This document shows, piece by piece, positions 1 to 9,742 of a stretch of 64,000 nt of DNA (position 1 is the stretch's first letter; the number at the start of each line of letters is the position of its first letter). Both the position numbers and the translations under genes were made by a program. Below the pieces are notes generated by a model that had not been told where the DNA came from, ran no database searches, and saw nothing but the letters and a program-made list of their open reading frames with translations. Origin of the DNA: Spirochaetota bacterium (lineage in GTDB: Bacteria > Spirochaetota > UBA6919 > CBDBPB01); contig CBDBPB010000007.1 in assembly GCA_965208615.1 (NCBI GenBank), positions 224,001 through 288,000 of the forward strand, in the 5' to 3' direction.

Positions 1-966
1 GTACGATACGGTTATCGGGTTCTTAAGATGAAGATTGTTAGGAGAAAGGTTATTACTTCTTTAAAGAAGGGTAATGAGAATGTTTTAGTAAAAATTACTC
101 CTGAAGAGTTTTTACCTTTAGTATTTTATGAGCCAAGGATTAAGACTATTTATCTTGGAAACTCTAAGAGTGTTAGAATTAGAAGTATTGTATTGGATTC
201 TGGGGTTAAGCCTGATGATGGTCAATTAGTTGCTCCTAATCCTGGTAGGAGTGAGGGCTTAGATATTGAAAGAATTTGTTATAAGTCTGTAACTTTATCT
301 AAGATTGGTGATCTTGGTGAAGTTGCTCAGTGGATACAAGATGCTGGTGGGAATCCTCAGGATGTTGTTAATACTACTAGTACTGTAAAGACTAACCAGG
401 GGATAGACTGGAACTGTGTTAGGGCTATATATAGTGGTGTAGATAACAAGAGTTTGTTTGTTAGAGAGCATTCTATTAGAATATTCTTAAACTATATAAA
501 AGGCTTCACTGGCGATCCTAATTATAATGGTGCTGGAACTCGAAAGCTTAATAAGGAGCTTGAGAAAATGGCTACTGGACCTCGTTATGTGAGGATAGCA
601 CAAGTTGCGTGGGATAATGTTAAATGGGCTGAGTTTTATTATTCTGACTTTGTGAATAATAACTTAGGAGACTTTATTCGAAACAAACATTATATGGAGT
701 ATGGTAAGAAATACAACATAAGCAAGCGATATTTTACTGATAGCGTTAAGAATGGCTATCCTGAGTGGGGTACTGAGGTTAGTGGTAACTACAGAAACGA
801 TGTTAAAGAGCTAAATCGTATTTTAGGTTTATCGTGGTATTTAGACGCTGAATATGTTAGAATACAGCAACAACAGCAACAAGTTGAAGCTGTTGGAAAA
901 AGTCGTGTTGAGACTCTATTTGATCATCCTAATAGAGAGGACAGTATTGAAGGTGAATTAAGATAA
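1..966 (+). CDS. Hypothetical protein, probably 5'-truncated by the window edge; one HEAT-like segment and a short poly-Q run
   Basis: Frame 1 is open from base 1 through the ATG at 28. The ORF is at least 312 aa and is followed by a strong terminator. No family recognised. Confidence 0.6.
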   Translation, partial: VRYGYRVLKMKIVRRKVITSLKKGNENVLVKITPEEFLPLVFYEPRIKTIYLGNSKSVRIRSIVLDSGVKPDDGQLVAPNPGRSEGLDIERICYKSVTLSKIGDLGEVAQWIQDAGGNPQDVVNTTSTVKTNQGIDWNCVRAIYSGVDNKSLFVREHSIRIFLNYIKGFTGDPNYNGAGTRKLNKELEKMATGPRYVRIAQVAWDNVKWAEFYYSDFVNNNLGDFIRNKHYMEYGKKYNISKRYFTDSVKNGYPEWGTEVSGNYRNDVKELNRILGLSWYLDAEYVRIQQQQQQVEAVGKSRVETLFDHPNREDSIEGELR

Positions 967-990
967 ATATTATAAATATTTATTAATTGA

Positions 991-1022
991 GAAAGAGGGT
1001 CTTAATATGACCCTCTTTTTTT
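991..1022 (+). terminator. Rho-independent terminator
   Basis: Stem gaaagagggtc / gaccctctttt with a 7-nt loop and a T-run, about 25 nt after the stop at 966. Confidence 0.85.
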
Positions 1023-1144
1023 ATATGGTTATGATGTTTTATAGTTAACTAAAGCTATTAAGAGTATTACACCCTGTTATTTATTAACTTAGATGATTAT
1101 CAGTATAAAATAATTGACTTTTAAGAATAGTTTTGTTAATTTTC

Positions 1145-1210
1145 AGTATAATTTTTCACTTATAAAATTAGATAATAAGTATAATTTTTCACTTATAAAA
1201 TTAGATAATA
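1145..1210. repeat. Perfect 2 x 33-bp tandem duplication upstream of the polyprenyl synthase gene
   Basis: agtataatttttcacttataaaattagataata occurs at 1145-1177 and 1178-1210. Confidence 0.95.
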
Positions 1211-1223
1211 ATATGTATACGAA

Positions 1224-2231
1224 ATGAGTAATCCCTTGAATAAAGATATTCCAATTGGATTAGAAGAGCTTTTTGAGCTTATTAAAGAGCCTATTAATAC
1301 TATTGAAAAGCGTTTTAAAAAGCTGATTTATAGCGATAATCCTATTATACAAGAAATGATTGATTATGTATTTGCTCAAGCTGGTAAAAGGTTAAGGCCT
1401 GCTTTAGTTTTTATTAGTTCTATGATATGGAAATCGGATTATTATAATAAAATAATTGATATAGCATTGAGTATAGAGTTAATACATATTGCTACTCTTG
1501 TTCACGATGATGTTATTGATAGGTCTGACTTAAGAAGAGGTATAGAGACATATAATAAAAAATGGGGTAGTAGTACTGCTTCGGTATTATTTGGCGATTT
1601 TCTTTTTAGCAGAGCGTTTATGATTTTAACTAGTCTGGGCAATTTTAAAATTATAGAAAATCTTACTAGGACTACGTCAGAGATCTGTGAAGGCGAGATT
1701 ATGCAGAGCCTTTTGAAAGAGAGTTATGATATAACCGTAGAAAGGTATTTAAATATTATTCGTTATAAGACTGCCTCACTTATTGCAGAGAGCTGTAGGA
1801 TTGGTGTTATTTATAGCAATTTTGGTAAAGATATGGAAAATATACTTTATCAATTTGGTTTAAACTTAGGGATGGCATTTCAGATTTATGATGATTATCT
1901 CGATTTTAATGCCAAGCAAGAGGTTTTGGGAAAACCTATTTTGAATGACCTTGATAATGGATATATAACTCTACCAATTATTCATCTTTTGAATAGAACT
2001 GATAACGGACAACGGGGTCAAATTATTAATAAGCTTAATAATTATTTGCTTGCTAAGGAGTATCATAAGGTTAGGGATTTATTAAATGAGAGTAATAGTT
2101 TAAAATATACTCTTGATACTGCTAATAATCATGTTAGTAAGGCCGTTAGTTATTTGGATAAGGTAAAAGATTATGAATTAAAAATGTATTTGACTGAAGT
2201 TGCTGGTTATATTACGGCTAGGGCGTATTGA
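1224..2231 (+). CDS. Trans-polyprenyl diphosphate synthase (IspB/HepT-like)
   Basis: GKRLRP, first DDxxD (HDDVID...RRG), KTA, and second DDxxD (QIYDDYLD) motifs. Confidence 0.93.
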   Translation: MSNPLNKDIPIGLEELFELIKEPINTIEKRFKKLIYSDNPIIQEMIDYVFAQAGKRLRPALVFISSMIWKSDYYNKIIDIALSIELIHIATLVHDDVIDRSDLRRGIETYNKKWGSSTASVLFGDFLFSRAFMILTSLGNFKIIENLTRTTSEICEGEIMQSLLKESYDITVERYLNIIRYKTASLIAESCRIGVIYSNFGKDMENILYQFGLNLGMAFQIYDDYLDFNAKQEVLGKPILNDLDNGYITLPIIHLLNRTDNGQRGQIINKLNNYLLAKEYHKVRDLLNESNSLKYTLDTANNHVSKAVSYLDKVKDYELKMYLTEVAGYITARAY

Positions 2232-2240
2232 GGCTCTAAC

Positions 2241-3974
2241 TTGGCTCATATATGGAACTTTCCACAAAAATCACCCAAAAGTTATCATAAACTGTTAGAC
2301 AAGCTAAATATTGGATATACCATAGGACAAATACTATGGAATAGAGGATATTCAAGCGAAAAGAAAATAATACAATTTTTAAGCCACGACATTCTACTAA
2401 AGACCCACCAAATAAAGTATATTAAGGATATGGATAAAGCACTTAATAGAGTGTCCAAAGGGCTAAGGGATAATGAGAAGATAGTTATATATGGTGATTA
2501 TGATGTTGATGGCATTACGTCTAGTGCACTTTTATATATTTTTTTTCTTGCCTATTCATATATCAAAGAAGTAAATATTGATGTTATTGCTATATTTCCA
2601 GATAGACTTACTGATGGATACGGTTTAAAAGTAGGCGGTATAAAAAAGGCTATTGATCTTAATGCTGAACTTATTATTACTGTGGATAACGGAATAAGTT
2701 CTTATGAGGCCGTAGAATATGCTAATAAAAGTAATGTTGATGTTATTATAATTGATCATCATAGGGTTCCTGATAATATACCTCCTGCTTGTGCTATAGT
2801 TAATCCTAGGCAAAAGGATTGTTTTTATCCTTATAAGGGTTTATCTGCAGTAGGGCTTGTTTATAAGCTGATAGAGGGGCTTTGTAAGGAGTTGTTTACC
2901 GAAGAATACGGAGAACGTTTTTTAAAAAGGTATATTGATTATGTTGCAATAGGAACTTATCAAGATATTGCTCCACTCGTTGGAGAGAATCGTTTTTTTG
3001 TTAAAAGGGGAATGGATTTAATTGAGGAGATTAAGAGTTCAAATAATACTAATTTAAGGGGTATTATTGAGTTACTTAAGGTTACTGGGAAGTTTAACGA
3101 TAAGATAAACACAAATATTCTTGGATTTTGTATTGGTCCTATGATTAATGCGGCTGGTAGAATTGGGGATCCTAGTATTGCATTTAAACTTTTGACTACA
3201 AGGGATCATAATGAGGCTAAGCTTTTGGCTGAGGAGTTAAATAAAATTAACATAAAGCGAAAAGAGCTGACTAAGAGGGCGCGTAAAGAGGCCGCTGATA
3301 TTATTAAGCGTGATGATTTAGAAAAAGAAAAAGTTATATTATTGGAGTCTAATACCTGGCATCAGGGGATTATAGGGCTTATAGCGCAGTATATATCCAG
3401 CAGTTATAAAAGGTCTTGTATTATAATGACTAATAATGATAAAGATTATTATACTGGTTCTGCAAGGAGCTATGGCAATTTTAATATGGGAGAGTTTATA
3501 AATAGTCTTAGGGAATATTTTAAATATCATGGTGGGCATAAAAAGGCGGCTGGCTTTTCTATAGATGAGGATAAGCTTTATTCTTTTAAAAAGGCTTTTT
3601 ATAAAAGTCTTGAGGGAGTTGTTATTGAGGATATAGAAATTAATATAGATGCAGTTGTCAATTTAGAAGGTCTTTTGGGCATTGATAAAGACTTAATACC
3701 GCTTGAGCCCTTTGGTGAGGCTAATCCTATTCCAGTAGTTGCAGTTTTGGAAACTAATATAAAAAGTATTAAAAAGTCTAAACGGGGTTTGGATAGTCTT
3801 ATAACGGTTTATCAGAATGAATATTCAATAGATCTTGTTGCATTTAATGAGACCAAATATATAGATGAATTTAAGGTTGATCAAAAAGTAGATATTGCTA
3901 TAAAGGTTTTTCCGAAGAATGACTATAGTGATTTAAAGTTAGAGATAATGGATATAAAAAACGCTATTCATTAG
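2241..3974 (+). CDS. recJ: Single-stranded-DNA-specific exonuclease RecJ
   Basis: YGDYDVDG, TVDNG, DHH, INAAGRIG, GSARS, GGH and LEPFG motifs; TTG start. Confidence 0.95.
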   Translation: MAHIWNFPQKSPKSYHKLLDKLNIGYTIGQILWNRGYSSEKKIIQFLSHDILLKTHQIKYIKDMDKALNRVSKGLRDNEKIVIYGDYDVDGITSSALLYIFFLAYSYIKEVNIDVIAIFPDRLTDGYGLKVGGIKKAIDLNAELIITVDNGISSYEAVEYANKSNVDVIIIDHHRVPDNIPPACAIVNPRQKDCFYPYKGLSAVGLVYKLIEGLCKELFTEEYGERFLKRYIDYVAIGTYQDIAPLVGENRFFVKRGMDLIEEIKSSNNTNLRGIIELLKVTGKFNDKINTNILGFCIGPMINAAGRIGDPSIAFKLLTTRDHNEAKLLAEELNKINIKRKELTKRARKEAADIIKRDDLEKEKVILLESNTWHQGIIGLIAQYISSSYKRSCIIMTNNDKDYYTGSARSYGNFNMGEFINSLREYFKYHGGHKKAAGFSIDEDKLYSFKKAFYKSLEGVVIEDIEINIDAVVNLEGLLGIDKDLIPLEPFGEANPIPVVAVLETNIKSIKKSKRGLDSLITVYQNEYSIDLVAFNETKYIDEFKVDQKVDIAIKVFPKNDYSDLKLEIMDIKNAIH

Positions 3975-4393
3975 CTATAAATATTTTAATCATACCAACG
4001 TTAATAATAAAAACATACCTAGTTAAAAAATAACCCTTATTTAAGAATACCATTGTATAATAATGAGATAGCCCAATAGGTTGGCTTAATTTTATACTAA
4101 GGCTAATAGAATAAAGATGTTTATTCATTTTGTTATAATATCTATACCTATAAAGAGTTTAAGATAAGTTTTTTATTAAATTTGAATTTTGGATATGTTA
4201 GGGTGTTTTAACAAATATGAAAGCTGTTTTTTTATGTGCTAATTAGATATTGAGTTGCATATTAAAATTTGTTATTGAGCTTTATATATTTGGATAGTTC
4301 ATTAGGCCATTTTAATAAGTGGTACTAAGTTTTATGAATAAGCTTACTAAAGTATAATAGGTTTTTTTAGGGTAAGATATTCTATATTAAAAT

Positions 4394-4888
4394 ATGGGTA
4401 GTACAATGACAGAAGCAGAGAGTGTAAAACAACATAATGAGGTTCAAATAGTAACCTTTCTTGTAGATACTGAAGAATATGGACTTGAAATCTTAAAAGT
4501 ACAAGAAGTTGTTAGATTGCCTTATATAACAAGATTACCAAGATCACCCCTTTTTATAAAGGGGGTTATTAATCTTAGAGGTAATATAATACCAATCGTT
4601 GACTTGAGAGAAAAGTTTGGTCTTAAAATAAGAAAATATGAAGGCTCTACAAGAGTGATAATTGTTGAGATCGGCGAAAAGAAAGTAGGTATGATTGTGG
4701 ATATTGTAGCACAGGTTATTAATGTTTTAAAAGATAGTATAGCACCGCCTCCGCCTATGGTAAGCGGAATTGCTAGTGAGTATTTATCCGGAGTTGTTAG
4801 ACTAGAAAAAAGACTAATTATGCTATTAAGAATCGAGGAAGTTATCTTTTCTGACCAGATAATTAACATGGATAAAAAAGGACTATAG
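4394..4888 (+). CDS. cheW: Chemotaxis coupling protein CheW
   Basis: EEYGLEILKVQEV and GVINLRGNIIPIVDLR. Confidence 0.95.
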   Translation: MGSTMTEAESVKQHNEVQIVTFLVDTEEYGLEILKVQEVVRLPYITRLPRSPLFIKGVINLRGNIIPIVDLREKFGLKIRKYEGSTRVIIVEIGEKKVGMIVDIVAQVINVLKDSIAPPPPMVSGIASEYLSGVVRLEKRLIMLLRIEEVIFSDQIINMDKKGL

Positions 4889-4906
4889 ATTAACTTTAGG
4901 GATATA

Positions 4907-5710
4907 ATGTATAAGATGACCCACTTCAAACGTTTTTCAGATAAAGAGTTTAAAGAGTTTTGCAAATATATTTACGATAATGTTGGCATTAACCTAACAG
5001 ATAAAAAATATAGTCTTGTTCATAATAGGCTTAGGTCTAGGTTGGTAAAGTATAACTTTAATAGTTATGGAGACTATTTTAACTTTGTAAAAGAAGATAA
5101 AGAAAATGATGAGCTTACTAATTTAATAAATGCTATAACTACTAATGTAACCACGTTTTTTCGCGACAGAAATCAATTTAATACTTTTTCACAATTAGTA
5201 TTACCATATTTTGAGCAAAAGCATACTAATATAAACATTTGGAGTGCCGGGTGTTCAACCGGAGAAGAGCCATATAGTATTGCTATAGAAATATTAAAAC
5301 ATACAACTAACATAAAATTTAAAATTCATGCCACTGATATAAGTACAAAAGTATTAGATAGTGCTTCTGCTGGAATATATTCTAAAGAACAAATAAAAAC
5401 TGTTGAAGAACATTATCTAAGAAGATTCTTTATAAAACGGAATGATAAATTTGAAGTTTTACCAAAGGTAAAAGAAAATGTACAATTTTATAAACTTAAT
5501 TTAGTCGAGGATAAATTTCCTCCTAGAATGGATATTGTTTTTTGTAGGAACGTTGTTATTTACTTTGATAAAGACACCAGGGATAAGCTATATAAAAAGT
5601 TTTATGACAGCCTAAATCAAGATGGATTCTTTTTTGTTGGACATTCTGAGTCATTATTTACGAATAAGCTTTTTAAATTCTTCAGACCTTCAGTATACAA
5701 AAAGGCTTAG
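4907..5710 (+). CDS. cheR: Chemoreceptor methyltransferase CheR
   Basis: TTNVTTFFRD, IWSAGCSTGEEPYS, FCRNVVIYF and GHSE. Confidence 0.96.
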   Translation: MYKMTHFKRFSDKEFKEFCKYIYDNVGINLTDKKYSLVHNRLRSRLVKYNFNSYGDYFNFVKEDKENDELTNLINAITTNVTTFFRDRNQFNTFSQLVLPYFEQKHTNINIWSAGCSTGEEPYSIAIEILKHTTNIKFKIHATDISTKVLDSASAGIYSKEQIKTVEEHYLRRFFIKRNDKFEVLPKVKENVQFYKLNLVEDKFPPRMDIVFCRNVVIYFDKDTRDKLYKKFYDSLNQDGFFFVGHSESLFTNKLFKFFRPSVYKKA

Positions 5711-5732
5711 TTATGTATGGGGATAATTATTA

Positions 5733-6803
5733 ATGGATAAGAAAGTTAAAGTAATGATTGCTGATGATTCTCCTTTAGCAAGAAAGATATTTAAGGATAT
5801 AATTAACTCAGAACCGGCATTTGAAGTAATTGCTACTGCTAATAATGGAAAAATTGCCTTATCTAGAGCTAAGGTATTAAAACCTAATATCTTAATTTTA
5901 GATATTGCTATGCCAGAAGTGGACGGATTTGAAGTTCTTAAGGAAATTGTAAAAAATAAATATGACATAAAAGTATTAATGATAAGCGGCTTAGCCGGTG
6001 AAGGAGCATCATTAGTCTTAAAAGCTCTTGATATGGGAGCCCTAGACTTTATTTCAAAACCATCTGGCAAGAGTATTAATCTTATAGAGCTTTCTGAGGT
6101 ATTAAAAGAAAAGATTTATGCCATTGCTGAGGCTGATGTTAAAAAAATTAAAAGGGGCTATAAGGTACTTAAGCCCATTAAAAAACATATTCACAAGGTT
6201 GCTAAAACTTCTAGTATACCAAAGCAGATTATTGTTTTTGGAACATCTACCGGCGGACCTAATGCCCTAAAGGATGTTTTTCAGGATAACAATTTACCAG
6301 AGGATTGTGCTTATCTTATTGTTCAGCACATGCCAAAGGAGTTTACAGGCTTATTTGCTGAGAGATTGAATCAGGTTTCTAAAATACTCATGAGTGAGGC
6401 TAAAAATAAAGAGCCTATTTTAGCTGGTAGAGGCTATATAGCCTCTGGAGACTCACATTTAGAAGTCGAATTTGTAAATGGAGTTCCTTATACAAAACTT
6501 TTTAAGTCAGAAAAAGTATCTGGTCATATGCCTTCTATAGATGTGCTTTTTGATTCTGTCGCTAGGAATTGTGCTAATAATTCCATAGCTATTATAATGA
6601 CTGGAATGGGTAGTGACGGAGCTAGTGGAATAGAAGCTATTCATAAAAATGGTGGAAAAACTATTGCTCAAGATAAAAAATCTTCAGTAGTTTTTGGAAT
6701 GAATAAAGAGGCTATTAAAAAAGGTGCTATTGATAATGTAGTACCATTAGAAAAAATACCAAATATGATTAGCTATTTTGTTAATCAAAAAGTGAGACCA
6801 TGA
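5733..6803 (+). CDS. cheB: Chemotaxis response regulator methylesterase CheB
   Basis: N-terminal REC domain (DD, LDIAMP), then GTSTGGP, VQHMP and MTGMGSDG. Confidence 0.96.
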   Translation: MDKKVKVMIADDSPLARKIFKDIINSEPAFEVIATANNGKIALSRAKVLKPNILILDIAMPEVDGFEVLKEIVKNKYDIKVLMISGLAGEGASLVLKALDMGALDFISKPSGKSINLIELSEVLKEKIYAIAEADVKKIKRGYKVLKPIKKHIHKVAKTSSIPKQIIVFGTSTGGPNALKDVFQDNNLPEDCAYLIVQHMPKEFTGLFAERLNQVSKILMSEAKNKEPILAGRGYIASGDSHLEVEFVNGVPYTKLFKSEKVSGHMPSIDVLFDSVARNCANNSIAIIMTGMGSDGASGIEAIHKNGGKTIAQDKKSSVVFGMNKEAIKKGAIDNVVPLEKIPNMISYFVNQKVRP

Positions 6804-9727
6804 GCGGATACGATTATAAAGAAATATTTGTTGAAGAAGCAAGAGAACAAATTGATGTATTAAACGATAGATTGCTTATTTTTGAGAAAGATCCTAATAA
6901 TATGCAGGTTATAAATGATATATTTAGGGTTGCTCATACATTAAAAAGTTCATTTGCATTTGTTGGCTTACAGGAGCTTAGTAGCTTTTGTCATAAGATA
7001 GAAACTTTATTGCAAAGGATTAAAGATAAGACAATTGTTTTATCTGATGATCTTATGGATATTATTTTTGCAAGTTTAGATAAAATTAAAGATAGCATTG
7101 AGTTATTTATAGATAAAGACGAAATAACAAAAGAATTTGCTAATTTGCCTGATAAAATCGATAAGTATATTCTTGGAGAAGTTACTCCTGCAAAAAAAGA
7201 CAGCTCTACTGAACAAGATAGTGACTTATTGGTGGAAGTACAAGACTCTAATATAATGCTAAATGAGGAAGAGTTAGAAAAGCTAAATGCCGCAGAAGAA
7301 AGAGAGAATAAATATTATTTAGTATACATAACTTTTGAAAGCAATATAAAAATGAAATGGGTAAGGGCAGAGTTGGTCTATGCCAATATGACAAGACTCG
7401 GTAATGTAATTATATCCTTTCCTCCTCACAGCCATTTTAGTGCGGATATGCCTGACAGAATAGGTGCAATTTTAGCTTGTCATGAAGATGTAAAAATAGA
7501 AAATATTAGGTCTAAGCTGGATGTCGATTTAGTTGCAGAAATAAATATTAACGAGTTAACATATGAAGAGGTTTTAAATTTTAAACAAGAACCTCATAGT
7601 ACTACCCCAGAGATTAAGACTATAGAGCCTGAGAAAGCTTATAAAACTGAAAAGCTTGATGAAGTCAAAAAAGTTGATAAAACCATACTCAAAGAAAAAG
7701 AAGAAGAAATAAAAGAAAAAATAGAAAAAATAAAAGAAAAAATAGAACCTGAAAATGAAAAAATAGAACCTGAAAATGAAAAAATAGACCTAGTTAAAGA
7801 TATCGACGGCAAGTCTGTTTTAACTAAGTCTGATACAGTTAGAGTTCCGATAAAGAGGTTAGATGAATTACTTAATTTGGTTGGAGAGCTCGCCATTACT
7901 AATTCTGGATTTATAGAGGTTTATGGACGGTTTAAGCAATTACTTGGTAATAAAGAGGTTATAAGCGAGTTTGAAGAGAAAATTGACTCTCTATCTAATA
8001 TAGCTAAAAATCTACAGGAAAGTATTATGCAGTCTAGGATGGTTCCTATTGGTACTGTTTTCTCACGATTTACACGGCTGGTTAGGGATTTATCAAAGAA
8101 TCTGGATAAAAAAGTAGTTTTTAGCTTTAAAGGTGAAGAAACTGAACTTGATAAAAAAATTATCGATGTAATTGGAGAGCCTTTAATACACTTAATTAGG
8201 AATGCACTTGATCATGGGCTTGAGTCTGTTGATGATAGAAAGACACTAGGAAAAAATGAAAGCGGAAAAATACTACTGGATGCCTATCAAAGGGGTAATC
8301 ATATTTTTGTAGAGGTATCTGATGATGGAAAAGGCCTAGACCGTAATAAAATCTTATCAAAGGCCATTGAGACAAATGCTATTACGGAAGAGGATGCTGA
8401 TGATATGCCTGAAAATGAAATTTATAATTTAATTTTCTTACATGGATTTAGTACAAAAAAGAATGTTACTTCTATTTCTGGTAGAGGCGTCGGAATGGAT
8501 GTCGTTTCTGATACTGTTGCTAAGCTAAATGGCTCTGTATCAGTTAAATCAGTCCATGGTGAAGGAAGTACATTTACTTTATCATTTCCCCTTACTCTTG
8601 CAATTGTGCCTGCTATTTTGGTTGAGTGCGGTGTAGAGACTTATGCTATACCTCTTTCTAATGTGGTTGAGACTATTAAGGTTACTCATGGTGATATAAA
8701 AAGTGTTGATTTTAATGATGTTATTCAGCTTAGAGAAAGTGTTATACCTTTACTACACCTCGATGAGGTCTTTGATATTAAGATAACTGGTAACGGTAAT
8801 GGACGTATTCCTATTGTGGTTAGTGATTTTAATGATAAAAACATTGGTATAGTTGTAGACAAGCTCTTGGGCAAAAGAGAGATTGTTATTAAGGCTCTTA
8901 GTCAGAATTATCAAGAGGTTAGGGGAATATCAGGGGCTACTATATTAGGAAATGGCAAGATTGCTTTAATATTGGATGTCCCAACATTGATTGAGCGAAG
9001 TAGAGGTATAAGTTATAGGAGAAGGCTTTCTAAGAAAAAACATAAAAAGAGAAATCTTCATACTACAACGGTTAGTGATATGCTTAAGGATTCTAATGAC
9101 ATAGGAGGTCTTCAGGAAATATTAGACAGCTTTGAGTTGGATATTGTTTCCTATGGGCTTGTTAATGAGATAATCAAGGTGGCTTTGGCTACTTCTTCAA
9201 ATAATCTAAATCGTTTCCTTAATAAGGATGTTTTATTGGCTGTTCCAGGAATTAATGTTAATACTTATGATATGGTAATAGGTGATCCAAAATTTACTGG
9301 TGCTGATAATATGTATTTTGCGTCCTGTATGCTGGAAGGAGATCTAGAGGGAAATGTAGTTATATCTTTGAATGACGAGTCTATGATAAAGCTCTTTAAG
9401 GATTTGGTTGGTGATGATGCTATGCTTTCTCCTGTGGGACAGTCTTGTATTATGGAGATTTGTAATTTACTAACTGCAGGTATTACAAATACCATAAGTA
9501 GGTCTTTAAAGATTAAAGCATTCCCTATGCCTCCTGTATTTTACTATGAGTCATACAGCACTTATTTTCATGACTTGATTGAGGAGCATTCAAAAGAAAA
9601 TAATTACATCTGGACAATAGATACCGATATAATTATTGACTCTATGATTATAGAGGGTAGAGTATTTTTCATACCTTATGACAGCTCATTTAGGGCTATA
9701 GGAAAGGCCGTTAGTGCTCTTAAATAA
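6800..9727 (+). CDS. cheA: Chemotaxis histidine kinase CheA with an extra C-terminal CheC-like domain
   Basis: Hpt (FRVAHTLK), dimerisation domain (LLNLVGEL), HATPase (HLIRNALDHG, GRGVGMDVV) and CheW domain, then about 200 aa with a CheC-like SCIMEICNLLTAG motif. Confidence 0.93.
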   Translation: MSGYDYKEIFVEEAREQIDVLNDRLLIFEKDPNNMQVINDIFRVAHTLKSSFAFVGLQELSSFCHKIETLLQRIKDKTIVLSDDLMDIIFASLDKIKDSIELFIDKDEITKEFANLPDKIDKYILGEVTPAKKDSSTEQDSDLLVEVQDSNIMLNEEELEKLNAAEERENKYYLVYITFESNIKMKWVRAELVYANMTRLGNVIISFPPHSHFSADMPDRIGAILACHEDVKIENIRSKLDVDLVAEININELTYEEVLNFKQEPHSTTPEIKTIEPEKAYKTEKLDEVKKVDKTILKEKEEEIKEKIEKIKEKIEPENEKIEPENEKIDLVKDIDGKSVLTKSDTVRVPIKRLDELLNLVGELAITNSGFIEVYGRFKQLLGNKEVISEFEEKIDSLSNIAKNLQESIMQSRMVPIGTVFSRFTRLVRDLSKNLDKKVVFSFKGEETELDKKIIDVIGEPLIHLIRNALDHGLESVDDRKTLGKNESGKILLDAYQRGNHIFVEVSDDGKGLDRNKILSKAIETNAITEEDADDMPENEIYNLIFLHGFSTKKNVTSISGRGVGMDVVSDTVAKLNGSVSVKSVHGEGSTFTLSFPLTLAIVPAILVECGVETYAIPLSNVVETIKVTHGDIKSVDFNDVIQLRESVIPLLHLDEVFDIKITGNGNGRIPIVVSDFNDKNIGIVVDKLLGKREIVIKALSQNYQEVRGISGATILGNGKIALILDVPTLIERSRGISYRRRLSKKKHKKRNLHTTTVSDMLKDSNDIGGLQEILDSFELDIVSYGLVNEIIKVALATSSNNLNRFLNKDVLLAVPGINVNTYDMVIGDPKFTGADNMYFASCMLEGDLEGNVVISLNDESMIKLFKDLVGDDAMLSPVGQSCIMEICNLLTAGITNTISRSLKIKAFPMPPVFYYESYSTYFHDLIEEHSKENNYIWTIDTDIIIDSMIIEGRVFFIPYDSSFRAIGKAVSALK
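7691..7788 (+). repeat. Low-complexity tract with a 21-bp in-frame tandem repeat in the CheA linker
   Basis: Encodes KEKEEEIKEKIEKIKEKIEPENEKIEPENEKID; aaaatagaacctgaaaatgaa occurs twice. Confidence 0.85.
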
Positions 9728-9742
9728 TTTACTTAGTTATTA

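Noticed and set aside
1145-1210. 33-bp repeat as a CRISPR array
   Set aside because: The two copies are directly adjacent with no spacer, and there are no cas genes in the window.
3975-4393. ncRNA or riboswitch upstream of cheW
   Set aside because: Only weak short hairpins are present, and I could not identify a c-di-GMP or other aptamer consensus.
2625-7896. Short antisense ORFs inside recJ, cheW, cheB and cheA (62-147 aa)
   Set aside because: They are shadows of well-supported genes, with Ser/Ile/Phe-rich antisense composition and no motifs.
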